DNA of 64,000 bases from Candidatus Zixiibacteriota bacterium (GTDB lineage Bacteria > RBG-13-66-14 > B26-G2 > WVWN01). Shown piece after piece: positions 39,272-49,214 of this stretch. The notes beneath the pieces were generated by a model. The model did no database searches. It saw only the letters and a program-made list of their open reading frames with translations, and was not told where the DNA came from. The number at the start of each line of letters is the position of its first letter. Position 1 is the first letter of the stretch. Made by a program: the position numbers and the translations under genes. The stretch covers positions 1-64,000 of the forward strand of contig JASFLY010000005.1 of the NCBI GenBank assembly GCA_050117845.1. Direction: 5' to 3'.

Positions 39272-41518
39272 TTAGAATAAATCGTACGGGTCGACGTCGA
39301 CCTTGACGCCGACCGGCCCCCGCCGATGCGCCAGGGCCGCGAGTTCCTCGCCGGCTTTCTCGATTTCGGCCCGGCTGGTCTTCACGAGGATTTGCCAGCG
39401 CGGCGTGCCGCGCGTCCGGGCCACAGGCGCCGGCAACGGCCCCACTATCTCCGCGGCCTCGCCGAATATTTCCTTAACTCTCTCCGCAACCTGACGAACG
39501 CCGTCTTTCGCGGCGGCCTTTTTCGTCTCGCTTACAATGACGTTGACGAGGATCGAGAATGGCGGTAGGCGGAGCCGTTTCCGAAACGCCAGTTCACGTT
39601 CGGCGAAACTTTCGTAATCGCCCGCGGCGGCGGCGGCAATGGCGTAATGCTCCGGGAAGAAGGTTTGCACTATGACCCGGCGGCCGGGCGAGGGCTCGAG
39701 CATCCGCCTTATCATACGGTAGGTCCGCTCCGAGGCCCGGAAGTCCGGGACGTTCATGGCGGTGTCGGCGCTGGCAAGCGCGGCCAGCGTAAAGGCCGGG
39801 TACTCCAGCGCCCGGCGGGCCATCTGCGTCCCCACGACGACGTCGTATTTCCCGGCGGCGATTTCCTCCCAACGTTTCCGAACCTGGGCCGGTGTGCGTA
39901 GCGCGTCCGAGTCCACCCGGGCGACGCGGAAAGTCCCGGAGAGAAGCTCGACCTCCCGGGCCAGCTTCTCGGTGCCGAAGCCCACGCCGGCGAACTTCTC
40001 CTTGCCGCAGGAGGGACAGTATCGGGGGAGGGGTTCGCGCCTGGAGCAATAGTGGCAGCGCAGCGCGTGCTCTTCGCGGTGGTAGGTGAACGCAACGTCG
40101 CAGCGGTCACACTTGAGCGCCGCGCCACATACGTCGCAGTAGATATAGGGGACGTAGCCGCGCCGGTTGACCATGACGAGCGCCCGGCCTCCCGCCCGCA
40201 CGGCATCCTTGACGGCGCTCGCCAGTTTCGCCGAGAGGATAACGGGCCCCTCGGCCCCGACCACCTTCGACATGTCTATCAGGGTCGGCGGCGCCCCGTC
40301 GGCCTCTGCCGCCACGCGCCGGCTCTCGGCCTCGCCCGCCGTGACGCGAGCGTAGCTCTCGAGCGAGGGCGCCGCGCCGGCCAATACCAGGCGCGTCCCC
40401 GCCGCCCGGGCCGCCGCGACTTCCCGGGCGACGTAGTAGAGAGACGTTTCCCACTGCTTGTAGGCGGCGTGGGCCTCGTCCGTCATTATTACCGGGGTCC
40501 CCGGCGGCAACGGTAAAAAGAGCGCGGAGCGGGTCCCGACGACGCGCGTGACCGTCCCGCGCCGACAGCGGCCGAAGGTGCGCCAGCGTGCCGCCGGCGT
40601 CATCTCCGAGTGGTAGGGGGCGAAGGCCTCGCCGGTCAGTTCCTCGCATTTCCGGCACAACGCCGGAACGCGGTACGTCTCGGGCGCGAGGACGAGGATG
40701 CTATCGGCGCCGTCCTTCCGCGCTTCCTCCAGAGCCGCAGCGAGGCGCGCGTCGGCGGCACCGCCGGTAAGGAGGAGCGTCCCGGGCGAGGCGGCAACGT
40801 TTTCCGCCGGAACCGAAACGAGGCCCAGCGCAACGCGCCGGCCGCCGAGGAGGCGGCGGAACGCGGCGCTCGTTTTGGGGGAGTCGAAAAAGGCTTTCGC
40901 GGGTAGGGGGCCCGCCGCCAGTTCGTCCAGGATGCCCTGGCCCAGCTTACCGGCCTTGCCGGTCGGCCCGTCTACCGCGTAAGCGGTCACGTCGTCGAGG
41001 GTGGGCCGGGAGGCTGCCGGTTCGACGGCGAGGACCCGACGGCCGATAAGGTCCCTGATTATTCCGTTGGGGCCGGCCGCCCGGGAGCCGAGCCACCCGG
41101 CCTCCCATACCGCGGCGACGACCGTTTGCTCGTCGGACGAGAGGGATGCCACGTCGGGCGAGGCGGCGAAAGCGGCGTCGAGCAAGAGCAAGTCGTCGCG
41201 CCGGGCGTCGAGGGGGATGGGGAGGGCGAGGCGGGCGGTTTCGCCCGGCGACCCCGCGTATCGGCGGCCTACGAGTTCGACGAGTTCCCACAGAAAGGGT
41301 GGCAACAGCGGCGCGGCGTCGACGACCCGGGAGATTCCCTTAACGGCGACATGGCCGGGTGGGGCGTCCGCGGGTCGTCCGGCCAACCCCACCGCCGGCC
41401 GCCGGCCGAACTCTACCTCTACGCGGCTCCCCGGCGCCGGCAACTCCGAAGCGCAGTAGGTGTAGGGGCCGAAGGGCGGCCGCGTGAAGTGTACGTCGAT
41501 ATAACAGCCTTCGCCCAT
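39272..41518 (-). CDS. priA: Primosomal protein N' (PriA), with degenerate Walker A
   Basis: RVEVEFG, VVGTRSALF, DEAH, NRRGY, four CxxC pairs, GFGTE, PDFRASE and VDVDP motifs. Confidence 0.9.
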   Translation of the reverse strand: MGEGCYIDVHFTRPPFGPYTYCASELPAPGSRVEVEFGRRPAVGLAGRPADAPPGHVAVKGISRVVDAAPLLPPFLWELVELVGRRYAGSPGETARLALPIPLDARRDDLLLLDAAFAASPDVASLSSDEQTVVAAVWEAGWLGSRAAGPNGIIRDLIGRRVLAVEPAASRPTLDDVTAYAVDGPTGKAGKLGQGILDELAAGPLPAKAFFDSPKTSAAFRRLLGGRRVALGLVSVPAENVAASPGTLLLTGGAADARLAAALEEARKDGADSILVLAPETYRVPALCRKCEELTGEAFAPYHSEMTPAARWRTFGRCRRGTVTRVVGTRSALFLPLPPGTPVIMTDEAHAAYKQWETSLYYVAREVAAARAAGTRLVLAGAAPSLESYARVTAGEAESRRVAAEADGAPPTLIDMSKVVGAEGPVILSAKLASAVKDAVRAGGRALVMVNRRGYVPYIYCDVCGAALKCDRCDVAFTYHREEHALRCHYCSRREPLPRYCPSCGKEKFAGVGFGTEKLAREVELLSGTFRVARVDSDALRTPAQVRKRWEEIAAGKYDVVVGTQMARRALEYPAFTLAALASADTAMNVPDFRASERTYRMIRRMLEPSPGRRVIVQTFFPEHYAIAAAAAGDYESFAERELAFRKRLRLPPFSILVNVIVSETKKAAAKDGVRQVAERVKEIFGEAAEIVGPLPAPVARTRGTPRWQILVKTSRAEIEKAGEELAALAHRRGPVGVKVDVDPYDLF

Positions 41519-41588
41519 CGTCGAATATTAACATAAAAAAACCGGGCGGCTATCGTTAAGCGCCCGGTTCTTTCTCGCGGGGTAGGTA

Positions 41589-41822
41589 TTATTCGGTATC
41601 TTGCGGCTGGGTCAACGCTGGCCCGGCCTCGAACGTGAACTTGCCCCCGACGTATTCCTCTAACGCAAGGACCGTGGCCTTCTCGTTTTCGAGGAGTTCT
41701 TCGTATTTCGGGTAATCGTCGAGGATCTGTCGGGCCCGCCGCGCTATAGCTAGTACCGTAACGTAATCGTTATCGGAATCCGTGAAAACCTGTTCGACCG
41801 TTTTCTGTTCGTCTTTAACCAT
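41589..41822 (-). CDS. rpoZ: RNA polymerase omega subunit
   Basis: N-Y--VLAIARRARQI...KATVLALEE pattern; adjacent to priA. Confidence 0.75.
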   Translation of the reverse strand: MVKDEQKTVEQVFTDSDNDYVTVLAIARRARQILDDYPKYEELLENEKATVLALEEYVGGKFTFEAGPALTQPQDTE

Positions 41823-41870
41823 CGTTGCATCGACCTCCGGCGCCGTCCTTGCGGGCGCAGGGTGCTGCGG

Positions 41871-43529
41871 TTACTGCCCGTTTTCGGGCGTCGGCGTCCC
41901 GGTTTCTTCGCTCTCTTCGTCACCGCCGGGGCCCGGCAACTCTGCGGGCCATTCCAGCCTGTCCTCGCCCATGTGGTCGATCATCCACGTGGCCGAAGCG
42001 GCGTAATCGGAACCGGGGTACGCGGCGAGCAGGGCCCGGAATTTATCCTTGGCGGTGGCGTAGTCCTTTATTTCCTCGGAGTAGAGGAATCCCGCCATGA
42101 ACAGGGCTTTATCGGCCCCCTCGTTATCGGGGAAGCGTTCCACGAATTTCTCGTAAGCCATTATCGCCATGAGCGGCGTGGCGGCCGTTTCGGCGTCGGC
42201 CATGAGTTCGTCCGCCGACATGTCGTCATAGGTGCGGGCCCAGCCGAAGCGTTCCACCTTGTATTTCTTCTCCAAGTCGACGAACGCCTGTTCATAATAA
42301 TCGCGCTGGCGTTCCTCCCGGATCTTACTCATGATCCGGTCGCGGACTTCGTCAAACTCCATCTGCCGGAACTCGCGGCGGCGGTCCACGCGGAAGACGT
42401 AGAAGCCGTCTTCGAGTTCAAACGGCCCCAGGACGTCGTTCTCGGCCGCGGCGAAGAGGGCCTGTTCGACTTCCTCGTTCCGGCCTATGCCCGGAATGTA
42501 GCCGTCCGGCCTGATCCAGCCCAGAAGGCCGCCGTTGTTCTTTGTCTGCTCGTCGACCGATTCCACTTTGGCGAGCGCCTCGAAGTCCTTGCCGGCGCGG
42601 GCCTGCCGAATTACTTCGCCGGCCTTCGCGGCCGTCTTCAGGACGATCTGGCGGGCGAGGACACCTTCCTCGATAACGAACTCGTCACGATGGTCGTTGA
42701 AGTAGTCGCGGGCGTCGCTCTCCGGCACGAGGATCCGGTCGCGGATGCGGCCGCGGACCTGGTCGAGCGGCGCATATGAGGATTCGGTCCGCTCGTCCAC
42801 CATGAATATATGGTAACCGCGGTCGCCGGCGGTCGGGGCGGAGGGTTTGCCGGGTTCGAGGTTGAAAACGACCTCCTCGAAGTTTTCGCATTTGCCCACC
42901 TGGAACGGCGTGTGGCCCTCCTTGACTTCTCCGATGAGGCCGCCCTGGTGCGAGGAATACTCGTCGATGGAAAGCTCGGCCGCGACGGCGCCGAAGTCTT
43001 CGCCCCCGTTCAGACGGTCGAGGGCCACGGCGGCGTCGGCTTCGGTCTCAACCAGTATGTGCCGCAGCTTAACGCTCGCCGGTTCGCGGAAGTCATCCTT
43101 GTTCGCCTCGTAATAACGGGCGATTTCCTCTTCCGGTATGCCGAGGGTGGTCGCGATGTACTGCTGGAAATACGTCGAGGCCAGGATGCGAATACGGGCG
43201 TCCTCTATGTCCCGTTTGACCTTCGGGTCCTTATCGAGTTTGACGCGTTCGGCTTCGGCGACCAGCATGTTGTTTTTGAGCCAGACGTCGAGGAGGATCT
43301 TCCGGCCTTCGGGCCCCGCGTAGGAGCGCCGTTCGACCGGGCTCATGAGCTCCAACATTTCGTCGAGGTCGCGTTCCCGTATCTTCTCGCCGTCGACGAT
43401 CGCGATTACGGCGTCGGGGTCGTAACCTTTATCGTCGCCGTCACCGGTGTCCATCTCGCCGGCGGCTATCGTCGCGAACGCCACGAGCGCGAATACTATT
43501 AACCTTTTCCATTCCGTTCCGCGCGCCAT
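41871..43529 (-). CDS. Parvulin/PpiC-type peptidyl-prolyl isomerase (two rotamase domains) with C-terminal TPR-like region
   Basis: RHILV...DFGAVAAELSID...GGLIG and second RQIVL...DFEALAK...GGLLG domains. Confidence 0.85.
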   Translation of the reverse strand: MARGTEWKRLIVFALVAFATIAAGEMDTGDGDDKGYDPDAVIAIVDGEKIRERDLDEMLELMSPVERRSYAGPEGRKILLDVWLKNNMLVAEAERVKLDKDPKVKRDIEDARIRILASTYFQQYIATTLGIPEEEIARYYEANKDDFREPASVKLRHILVETEADAAVALDRLNGGEDFGAVAAELSIDEYSSHQGGLIGEVKEGHTPFQVGKCENFEEVVFNLEPGKPSAPTAGDRGYHIFMVDERTESSYAPLDQVRGRIRDRILVPESDARDYFNDHRDEFVIEEGVLARQIVLKTAAKAGEVIRQARAGKDFEALAKVESVDEQTKNNGGLLGWIRPDGYIPGIGRNEEVEQALFAAAENDVLGPFELEDGFYVFRVDRRREFRQMEFDEVRDRIMSKIREERQRDYYEQAFVDLEKKYKVERFGWARTYDDMSADELMADAETAATPLMAIMAYEKFVERFPDNEGADKALFMAGFLYSEEIKDYATAKDKFRALLAAYPGSDYAASATWMIDHMGEDRLEWPAELPGPGGDEESEETGTPTPENGQ

Positions 43530-43570
43530 ACAGTCACCACCCGTTGTTTACGGCCGGTTCGCCCTTGGTC

Positions 43571-43837
43571 TTATTTTTCGGTTTTATTTTTGGAATCTTT
43601 ACCGCTGGTCGCGGCGGCAGGTTCGCGGTCCTTGGCCGCGGCCTTTTTGTAGGAGTCGCTCCGGTAATCCGTGGTGTAGAAGCCGGACCCCTTGAAGATT
43701 ACGCCCGCGCCGCCGCTAATGAGCCGTTTGCTCTTGGCGCCGCACTTCGGGCACTTGGCGCCCGGTTTGGACGTAATCGATTGGAATTTATCGAACCTGC
43801 ACCCGCAAGCGGGACATTCGTATTCGTACGTAGGCAT
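43571..43837 (-). CDS. FmdB-family zinc ribbon protein
   Basis: MPTYEYECPACG...CPKCG...FKGSGFYTTDY. Confidence 0.92.
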   Translation of the reverse strand: MPTYEYECPACGCRFDKFQSITSKPGAKCPKCGAKSKRLISGGAGVIFKGSGFYTTDYRSDSYKKAAAKDREPAAATSGKDSKNKTEK

Positions 43838-43849
43838 AATATCAGGGGC

Positions 43850-44014
43850 TTATCCCCAAGGGTTGGGGCGCGTCGATTCGGCCAGTTTCTCGGGAGGCAC
43901 CAACTTCTTCGAGGCCGCGACCCAGTAGCGGTTGGGGATTAGGATAAGCGCCGCCGTAAGGGCAAGAAGGACGATAACGACGACGCGGTAAATGGTTTTG
44001 GATTCGTTCGCCAT
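43850..44014 (-). CDS. Small membrane protein (54 aa)
   Basis: MANESKTIYR followed by one TM helix. Confidence 0.5.
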   Translation of the reverse strand: MANESKTIYRVVVIVLLALTAALILIPNRYWVAASKKLVPPEKLAESTRPNPWG

Positions 44015-44103
44015 ATGGCAAGGGATTACCGTACAGATTGCTAATTTTACCATAATTGAGGCCGGGTTGCAACGTAATATGAGGAATAAGGGCGCCGGGG
44101 CGT

Positions 44104-44580
44104 CGTAGGGCGCGGTCTTTAGACCGTGCCACTGGCATTCTTGTTGGTGGTTAGAGAACCGCTTTGGCCGCCGCGTGGCGTCGGCCGTCGCGGGCTCCGG
44201 GCGCCTCCTCGTAAACTGCGGGGTCGCCCTCCGCAAATTATTTTAACGTACGGCGCGTGCGGTCTTAAGGCCGGGCCTCGGAAATCGACATATCAAACAA
44301 GAACGTAAGGTGGGCCGGTCTGAAGACCGGCCCCTACGTTTTCCCGGCATCGGGTGGCGGCACCGCACCGGGGCCCGTGGTCACATCGGCGTTCGTAGGG
44401 GCATATGGTCGGTGGGGCCGGCATTCCTGCCGACTATAAATCACCTTAATGTAGGGGCCGACCTTTAGGTCGGCCCGGTTTTACGGTAGCCGCAACTGAG
44501 GGTGCGGCCCTACGAATATCCTTCGGCGGCGCCGGCATTCCTGCCGGTGGTTAGATAACCGCTTTGGCCGCCTCGCCGCT
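44104..44580. repeat. Cluster of REP-like (GTAG/CTAC-footed) palindromes and short direct repeats
   Basis: GTAGGGGCCGACC-TTTA-GGTCGGCC; GGGCCGGTC-TGAA-GACCGGCCCCTAC; GCCGGCATTCCTGCCG x2; GGTGGTTAGA(G/T)AACCGCTTTGGCCGCC x2. Confidence 0.7.
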
Positions 44581-44621
44581 TTGACGGATAACGCATTATT
44601 CCCAACGGGATATAGGGTGTC

Positions 44622-45467
44622 CTAACGGCAGTTGATTACAATCAATATGAGAGTAATGAGAATAAAAAGGGCTATGATTAGAAATGCCGATACGAACTCC
44701 CGGTCCCGGAAAAATGCCGGGAATTTCCCACGGCGTTTGCGCTTCTCTTCGGCCTTTTCCCACTGGTTTAAATATCCCGGTTCCGTAATTCGGATTTTAT
44801 CGGAGTAATAAGCAAGCTTCTCTATGCGTTCCGAATAAGGTAGGTAATTAACCGTATACGTAATGGGAAAGGTCCCGTACGTATACGAGAATAAAATCGC
44901 TACTATCCGCTTCAACCGTTCGACGTCGAGGGGGAGGACTTCGTCGGCGAAGTCGAACAACGCCAATATCCCCCGGACCCTTTCCTCGTTCAATATCCCC
45001 TTGTACTGGCAGCGTTCGAAGGCCGACTCGGCATAGTGGAAACAACTCTCCTGTAAAACTTTACTTAGCCGGTCCTTTTCCTCCGCTTCAACGTGCGCCA
45101 GGGCCCTTTTGAAAAACGACACGGCCCTGGTCGCGACTTCCCGCGTCGCCGAACGATCATCCAGTGCGGCCAATCCTCTTCCGCACCATGCTACGGCGTC
45201 GGTAATATCGAACTCCAAAACCTTCGAAAAATACTTATCGGCGCCGGCGGCGTCGCCGACTTCCTGGGCGGCATAAGCCAATTCGTAATAATTGCGGATA
45301 TCCTTCGATTTCCCGCGGTAGGAATCTTCTAATATTATTTTGTTCCCGCAATAATCGCAATATCCCTCCCCGCTTTTTTCCAGGGAGAAGATAGCGCCGC
45401 AGGCGGGGCACCTCGCGGCGATGAGGCCGGCTCCCTCCATGTATTTGCTTCCCACGTCGTCGACCAT
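44622..45467 (-). CDS. Hypothetical protein: Zn ribbon + TPR-like + C-terminal TM
   Basis: CPACG...CDYCG; TPR-like helices; hydrophobic C-terminus; lower GC. Confidence 0.65.
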   Translation of the reverse strand: MVDDVGSKYMEGAGLIAARCPACGAIFSLEKSGEGYCDYCGNKIILEDSYRGKSKDIRNYYELAYAAQEVGDAAGADKYFSKVLEFDITDAVAWCGRGLAALDDRSATREVATRAVSFFKRALAHVEAEEKDRLSKVLQESCFHYAESAFERCQYKGILNEERVRGILALFDFADEVLPLDVERLKRIVAILFSYTYGTFPITYTVNYLPYSERIEKLAYYSDKIRITEPGYLNQWEKAEEKRKRRGKFPAFFRDREFVSAFLIIALFILITLILIVINCR

Positions 45468-45536
45468 ATGGATTCCCTCGTTAAACCAGATCGTTTATCG
45501 CACTTTATTAAGTGTGTCCTCACATATATTACCCGG

Positions 45537-45585
45537 CCGCTCCCGCCGCGTCAAGCCGATTAAAAAACCGGCCTGACGGCCGGCT
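45537..45585 (-). repeat. 49-bp direct repeat copy 1 (terminator + -35 box)
   Basis: Identical to 46806-46854. Confidence 0.9.
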
Positions 45586-45709
45586 CGTAGTATTATAACG
45601 AAGAGTGGGAGGTTCTGTTATAAGGTGTTATGTGAAGAACGGCTATAACGCGGAATGCCCGGGGGTGCGGTATTACGTTGTAGGAGTCCCGAGGGCTTCC
45701 CCTTCCGGG

Positions 45710-46762
45710 TTATTTAACGTACATAAGTCGGAAATGAGTACCCAATTCCCGCGGTAGGTTAATCTCTATTCGCGGCGTCGATTCCTTCAACGGGTAGTTT
45801 ATAAGTACGGTCTCGCCGTCCTGGTAGACTAGAAAAAGGAGTTCTCCGCGTGATCTGGAAAACATGACCGGTAACAATACTGCGTCGCCTATTTTTCCAA
45901 CCGCTTCGTTGTGAGAAGATGTGCTATAGAAGAGATAAGTAATAAAAGTATCGTTATACCCGTCGGGTATGGCGGGGATACACCAATAAGAAACCGGCTT
46001 TTTAAGACCGTCTTCGCTGAAGGCGCACGGATCGTTGAGGAAAATGAATCTGTGATCTGACCACGGGTATAAAAAGGCGACGGAGCCGTCCCGGGTGTTC
46101 AATAATCCTAGCCTTCGCGCGTACGGGTATTCTTCGTAAAATACGTACAACTTATCCGGTTCCGGGTAGCCGGCCTCGATTTCTGAAAAAAACGGTAGGG
46201 TAGTAACTAGTTCTAGTTCGGTCGAACCAGACCGATAGTTATATAAGGCCGTATCGCCCGTTTTACCTGTCTTCCTATAATATGGTTCGTAAGTCGTCTC
46301 GACGCTACTTCCAGGTTCCCCTCGGTCCGTTACCGCGATATAAAAACGAGTTTCTTGCTTATCGTAAACCGACGTTATTCTTGAACCTTCGTCGAACTTC
46401 TTTTCGAAAACCGGCTTCGTAGTATATCCTTTATTATTGGTGTTTATCTCGAATAGGATTATCGCGCTTGAATAGCTGCCGTAGTAATAACCGTAGATTA
46501 AAATATACCGATGATCTTTGCTTAAGCAACAACCGGTTATTTTAAAGCCTTCAATTTTTAAAAGCGGGGATATTTCGCCCGTATCCAGATTTACGTTATA
46601 TATATTGCTACCGTTTTGTTCTTCGAGGGAGTAAAACGCACCTAGGATTAAAGCTTGAAGAGGGGGAGGGTTTTCGGGTTCGGGGACCGATTCCCCATAG
46701 CCCGGAGCTACGGCCCCGAATAACGCCGTAGCAATAAAAAGCAGACGCATACAATACCTCAT
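45710..46762 (-). CDS. Secreted hypothetical protein, AT-richer than neighbours
   Basis: 350-aa ORF with signal peptide, flanked by 49-bp direct repeats. Confidence 0.65.
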   Translation of the reverse strand: MRYCMRLLFIATALFGAVAPGYGESVPEPENPPPLQALILGAFYSLEEQNGSNIYNVNLDTGEISPLLKIEGFKITGCCLSKDHRYILIYGYYYGSYSSAIILFEINTNNKGYTTKPVFEKKFDEGSRITSVYDKQETRFYIAVTDRGEPGSSVETTYEPYYRKTGKTGDTALYNYRSGSTELELVTTLPFFSEIEAGYPEPDKLYVFYEEYPYARRLGLLNTRDGSVAFLYPWSDHRFIFLNDPCAFSEDGLKKPVSYWCIPAIPDGYNDTFITYLFYSTSSHNEAVGKIGDAVLLPVMFSRSRGELLFLVYQDGETVLINYPLKESTPRIEINLPRELGTHFRLMYVK

Positions 46763-46805
46763 CTTTTATCGTTAGATATAGATAGTATGTTTATATCTTA
46801 CCTGT

Positions 46806-46854
46806 CCGCTCCCGCCGCGTCAAGCCGATTAAAAAACCGGCCTGACGGCCGGCT
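46806..46854 (-). repeat. 49-bp direct repeat copy 2 (terminator + -35 box)
   Basis: Identical to 45537-45585. Confidence 0.9.
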
Positions 46855-46878
46855 TTCGTACTCTTCAATATTTACTCT

Positions 46879-47589
46879 CTAAACTAAGCCGTTCTCCCGC
46901 AGCAGCGCCTCGTCGTCCAGAATGCCGTTCGCCGGTCCCGCTGCGACCACCCGGCCCCGCGCCAGCACCGCCGCCTCGGGGCACAGCTCCCGCACGAACG
47001 CCAGGTCGTGGCTCGCGATTATCTTGGTGCCGGGAAGCGTCGCCAGGAGTTCGCCGAGCTCGCGGCGGCCGCGGCCGTCGAGATTGGCGGTCGGCTCGTC
47101 GAGCGCGAGGACCTCGGGCCTGAGGCTCAGTACCGCCGCCAGCGAGGCCCGGCGCCGCTCGCCGAGGGACATGTGATGGGGAGAACGCTTCTCCATGCCG
47201 GTAAGGCCCACGGCGGCCAGCGCGTCCCGCACCCGCGTCGCGACCTCCTCCTCCGGGAGGCCCAGATTCCGGGGGCCGAAGGCCACGTCGTCCTCGACGC
47301 GGGGCATGAAGAGCATGTCGTCCGGGTCCTGGAAGACGAGGCCCACGCGGCGACGTATTTCCCGGGCGTTGCGCCGCGTTATCGTTTCGCCGAATATCCG
47401 CACGGCGCCGTTGCTCCCGATAAGGCCGTTGAGGTGGAGCAGGAGCGTGGACTTCCCGGCGCCGTTGGCCCCCAACAGGCCGAACGTCGTACCCGCCGAT
47501 ACGGAAAGGTTCACGCCGGCGAGGGCCGGCGTGCCGTCAGGGTAAGTATAATTTAAGTTACTTATATCGACCGCAGCGGCCATAATCAT
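46879..47589 (-). CDS. cbiO: Ni/Co ECF transporter ATPase (CbiO/NikO)
   Basis: GANGAGKST, QDPDD, SLGE and LDEPT motifs. Confidence 0.88.
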   Translation of the reverse strand: MIMAAAVDISNLNYTYPDGTPALAGVNLSVSAGTTFGLLGANGAGKSTLLLHLNGLIGSNGAVRIFGETITRRNAREIRRRVGLVFQDPDDMLFMPRVEDDVAFGPRNLGLPEEEVATRVRDALAAVGLTGMEKRSPHHMSLGERRRASLAAVLSLRPEVLALDEPTANLDGRGRRELGELLATLPGTKIIASHDLAFVRELCPEAAVLARGRVVAAGPANGILDDEALLRENGLV

Positions 47590-48266
47590 ACTTTATACGG
47601 GTCGTAGCCCCGGCTCAGCATCGCGCCCCAGACGCGTTCCGCCCGTTCGTAACTCCGGACGAATAGGGCGCCGACGGCGGGCCCCAGGGCCCGGAACTGC
47701 GCGAAGCGGCGCCGGCCGAAGTAGCGCGCCGACCACGCCCGCGAGAGCCGTTCTATCTCGTCGACGAGTACGAATATATATCGGTAGGTGAAGGAGAGTA
47801 GCGAGAGTAAGAACGCGGGGACGCGGAACCAGGCCAGGCCCCGCAGCAGCGTCCGAAAGGGCGTCGTCGCGAGCAAAAGGACGACGTACGCCAGCGAGAG
47901 GTAGGCCTTGGCGATAACCGTTAAGTATAACCGGAGCCCCGCGTCCGTTGCGGTCCAGACGTATCCGAAAGCGGTCGGTTCCCATATCGCCCGGCCCTCG
48001 GTGGTGAAGGGGAGGAACGCGCCGATTATTACGGCGAAGGGTAGGACTGCCGCGGCCCGCCGGAAGACGTAGAGTACCGGAAGGCGTGAAAGGCAGACCG
48101 CGGCAACCAGGAGGCCGGCCGCACCCGCTCCGAGCCACGCCGGCGGCGTCCGAAACGCGTTGAGCGTTACGAGTACCGTGGCGACGGCTACGATCTTGAT
48201 GCGGGCGTCGAGCCGGTGAAACGGTCCGTTTAAATCGCTGTGCTTGTCGAGAAAGTCGTGCCTCAT
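47586..48266 (-). CDS. cbiQ: Ni/Co ECF transporter T component (CbiQ/NikQ)
   Basis: HRLDARIK, TYRYIF and RSYERAERV-AM-SRG motifs. Confidence 0.9.
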   Translation of the reverse strand: MRHDFLDKHSDLNGPFHRLDARIKIVAVATVLVTLNAFRTPPAWLGAGAAGLLVAAVCLSRLPVLYVFRRAAAVLPFAVIIGAFLPFTTEGRAIWEPTAFGYVWTATDAGLRLYLTVIAKAYLSLAYVVLLLATTPFRTLLRGLAWFRVPAFLLSLLSFTYRYIFVLVDEIERLSRAWSARYFGRRRFAQFRALGPAVGALFVRSYERAERVWGAMLSRGYDPYKV

Positions 48267-48553
48267 TGCTCCCGACGTTTACGCAATACGAAGGCCAAGC
48301 CGAAGGCGACGCCGAAGGTGAGAAGCGTGCCGACGGCTCCCGCTACGGCGGTGGCCCCTCCTTCGCTCGTTACCCCGGGGAAAGCGTAGTCGGGGATAGG
48401 AGACGATACGAGCGGTTCGCCCTCGCCGCGTTCGAGGAACCCTTTGTCTTCGGCCACGCGCTCCAGGCCGTCCAGCCAGCCGCACGCGAACGGCGATATG
48501 ACTATGCCGAGGAATACGGCCACGCCGAGCGCTATCCAGATAAACGTTTTCAC
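48263..48553 (-). CDS. PDGLE-domain protein (NikN-like)
   Basis: LDGLERVA...PIPDY; two TM helices. Confidence 0.85.
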   Translation of the reverse strand: MKTFIWIALGVAVFLGIVISPFACGWLDGLERVAEDKGFLERGEGEPLVSSPIPDYAFPGVTSEGGATAVAGAVGTLLTFGVAFGLAFVLRKRREQ

Positions 48554-49197
48554 GAGGCCGCACCTCCCCGGGCGAGTTCCATCAGGTCGGGTCGGGCGAC
48601 GCGAACCGCCGCCACCGCCGCCGTCGTGATCAAACCCTCGCCGATGCCGATTAACGCGTGCACTCCCGCCATCGCCGGGAGAACGACGCCCAAAGGCGCG
48701 GTGCCCGAAATAGCGAGTTCCAGGGCGCACGCCGACGCCGCGACGACGGTCGCGAGCCACGCGCCCGCGAATGTCCCGACGAAGCGGCCGGCGTCGCCGG
48801 CGATAGCTTTACTGATTAATCGATATACGCCGTAGCCCACGAAGGGCCCCACGACCGCCATATTGAAGACGTTGGCCCCGAGCACCAGGATGCCGCCGTC
48901 GCCGAAGGCCAGCGCCTGGATGACGAGTACCGTTGTCATCACGAGTACGCCGGCCCAAGGGCCGAGCAGTATGGCGACGAGAGCGCCGCCCGCGAAGTGG
49001 CCCGACGTGCCGCCGGCCACGGGGAAGTTGAGCATCTGCGCCGCGAAGACGAACGCCGCCAGCACCGCCATCAGCGGAACCGCGCGTTCGCTGAGGACCC
49101 GGCGTACCCGGGCCGCGGCGGTGGCCACGAAGCCGGCGCCCACGAGGTCCAGCGCCACGAAGGTCTTCGCGTCCAGAAAACCGTCCGGTATATGCAT
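48550..49197 (-). CDS. cbiM: Ni/Co ECF transporter S component (CbiM/NikM)
   Basis: MHIPDGFL N-terminus; GGTSGH. Confidence 0.92.
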   Translation of the reverse strand: MHIPDGFLDAKTFVALDLVGAGFVATAAARVRRVLSERAVPLMAVLAAFVFAAQMLNFPVAGGTSGHFAGGALVAILLGPWAGVLVMTTVLVIQALAFGDGGILVLGANVFNMAVVGPFVGYGVYRLISKAIAGDAGRFVGTFAGAWLATVVAASACALELAISGTAPLGVVLPAMAGVHALIGIGEGLITTAAVAAVRVARPDLMELARGGAAS

Positions 49198-49214
49198 ATC
49201 CTCGTACCCTCCTT

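Noticed and set aside
44104..44580. CRISPR array
   Set aside because: Repeats differ in sequence and spacing, there are no regular spacers, and no cas genes are present.
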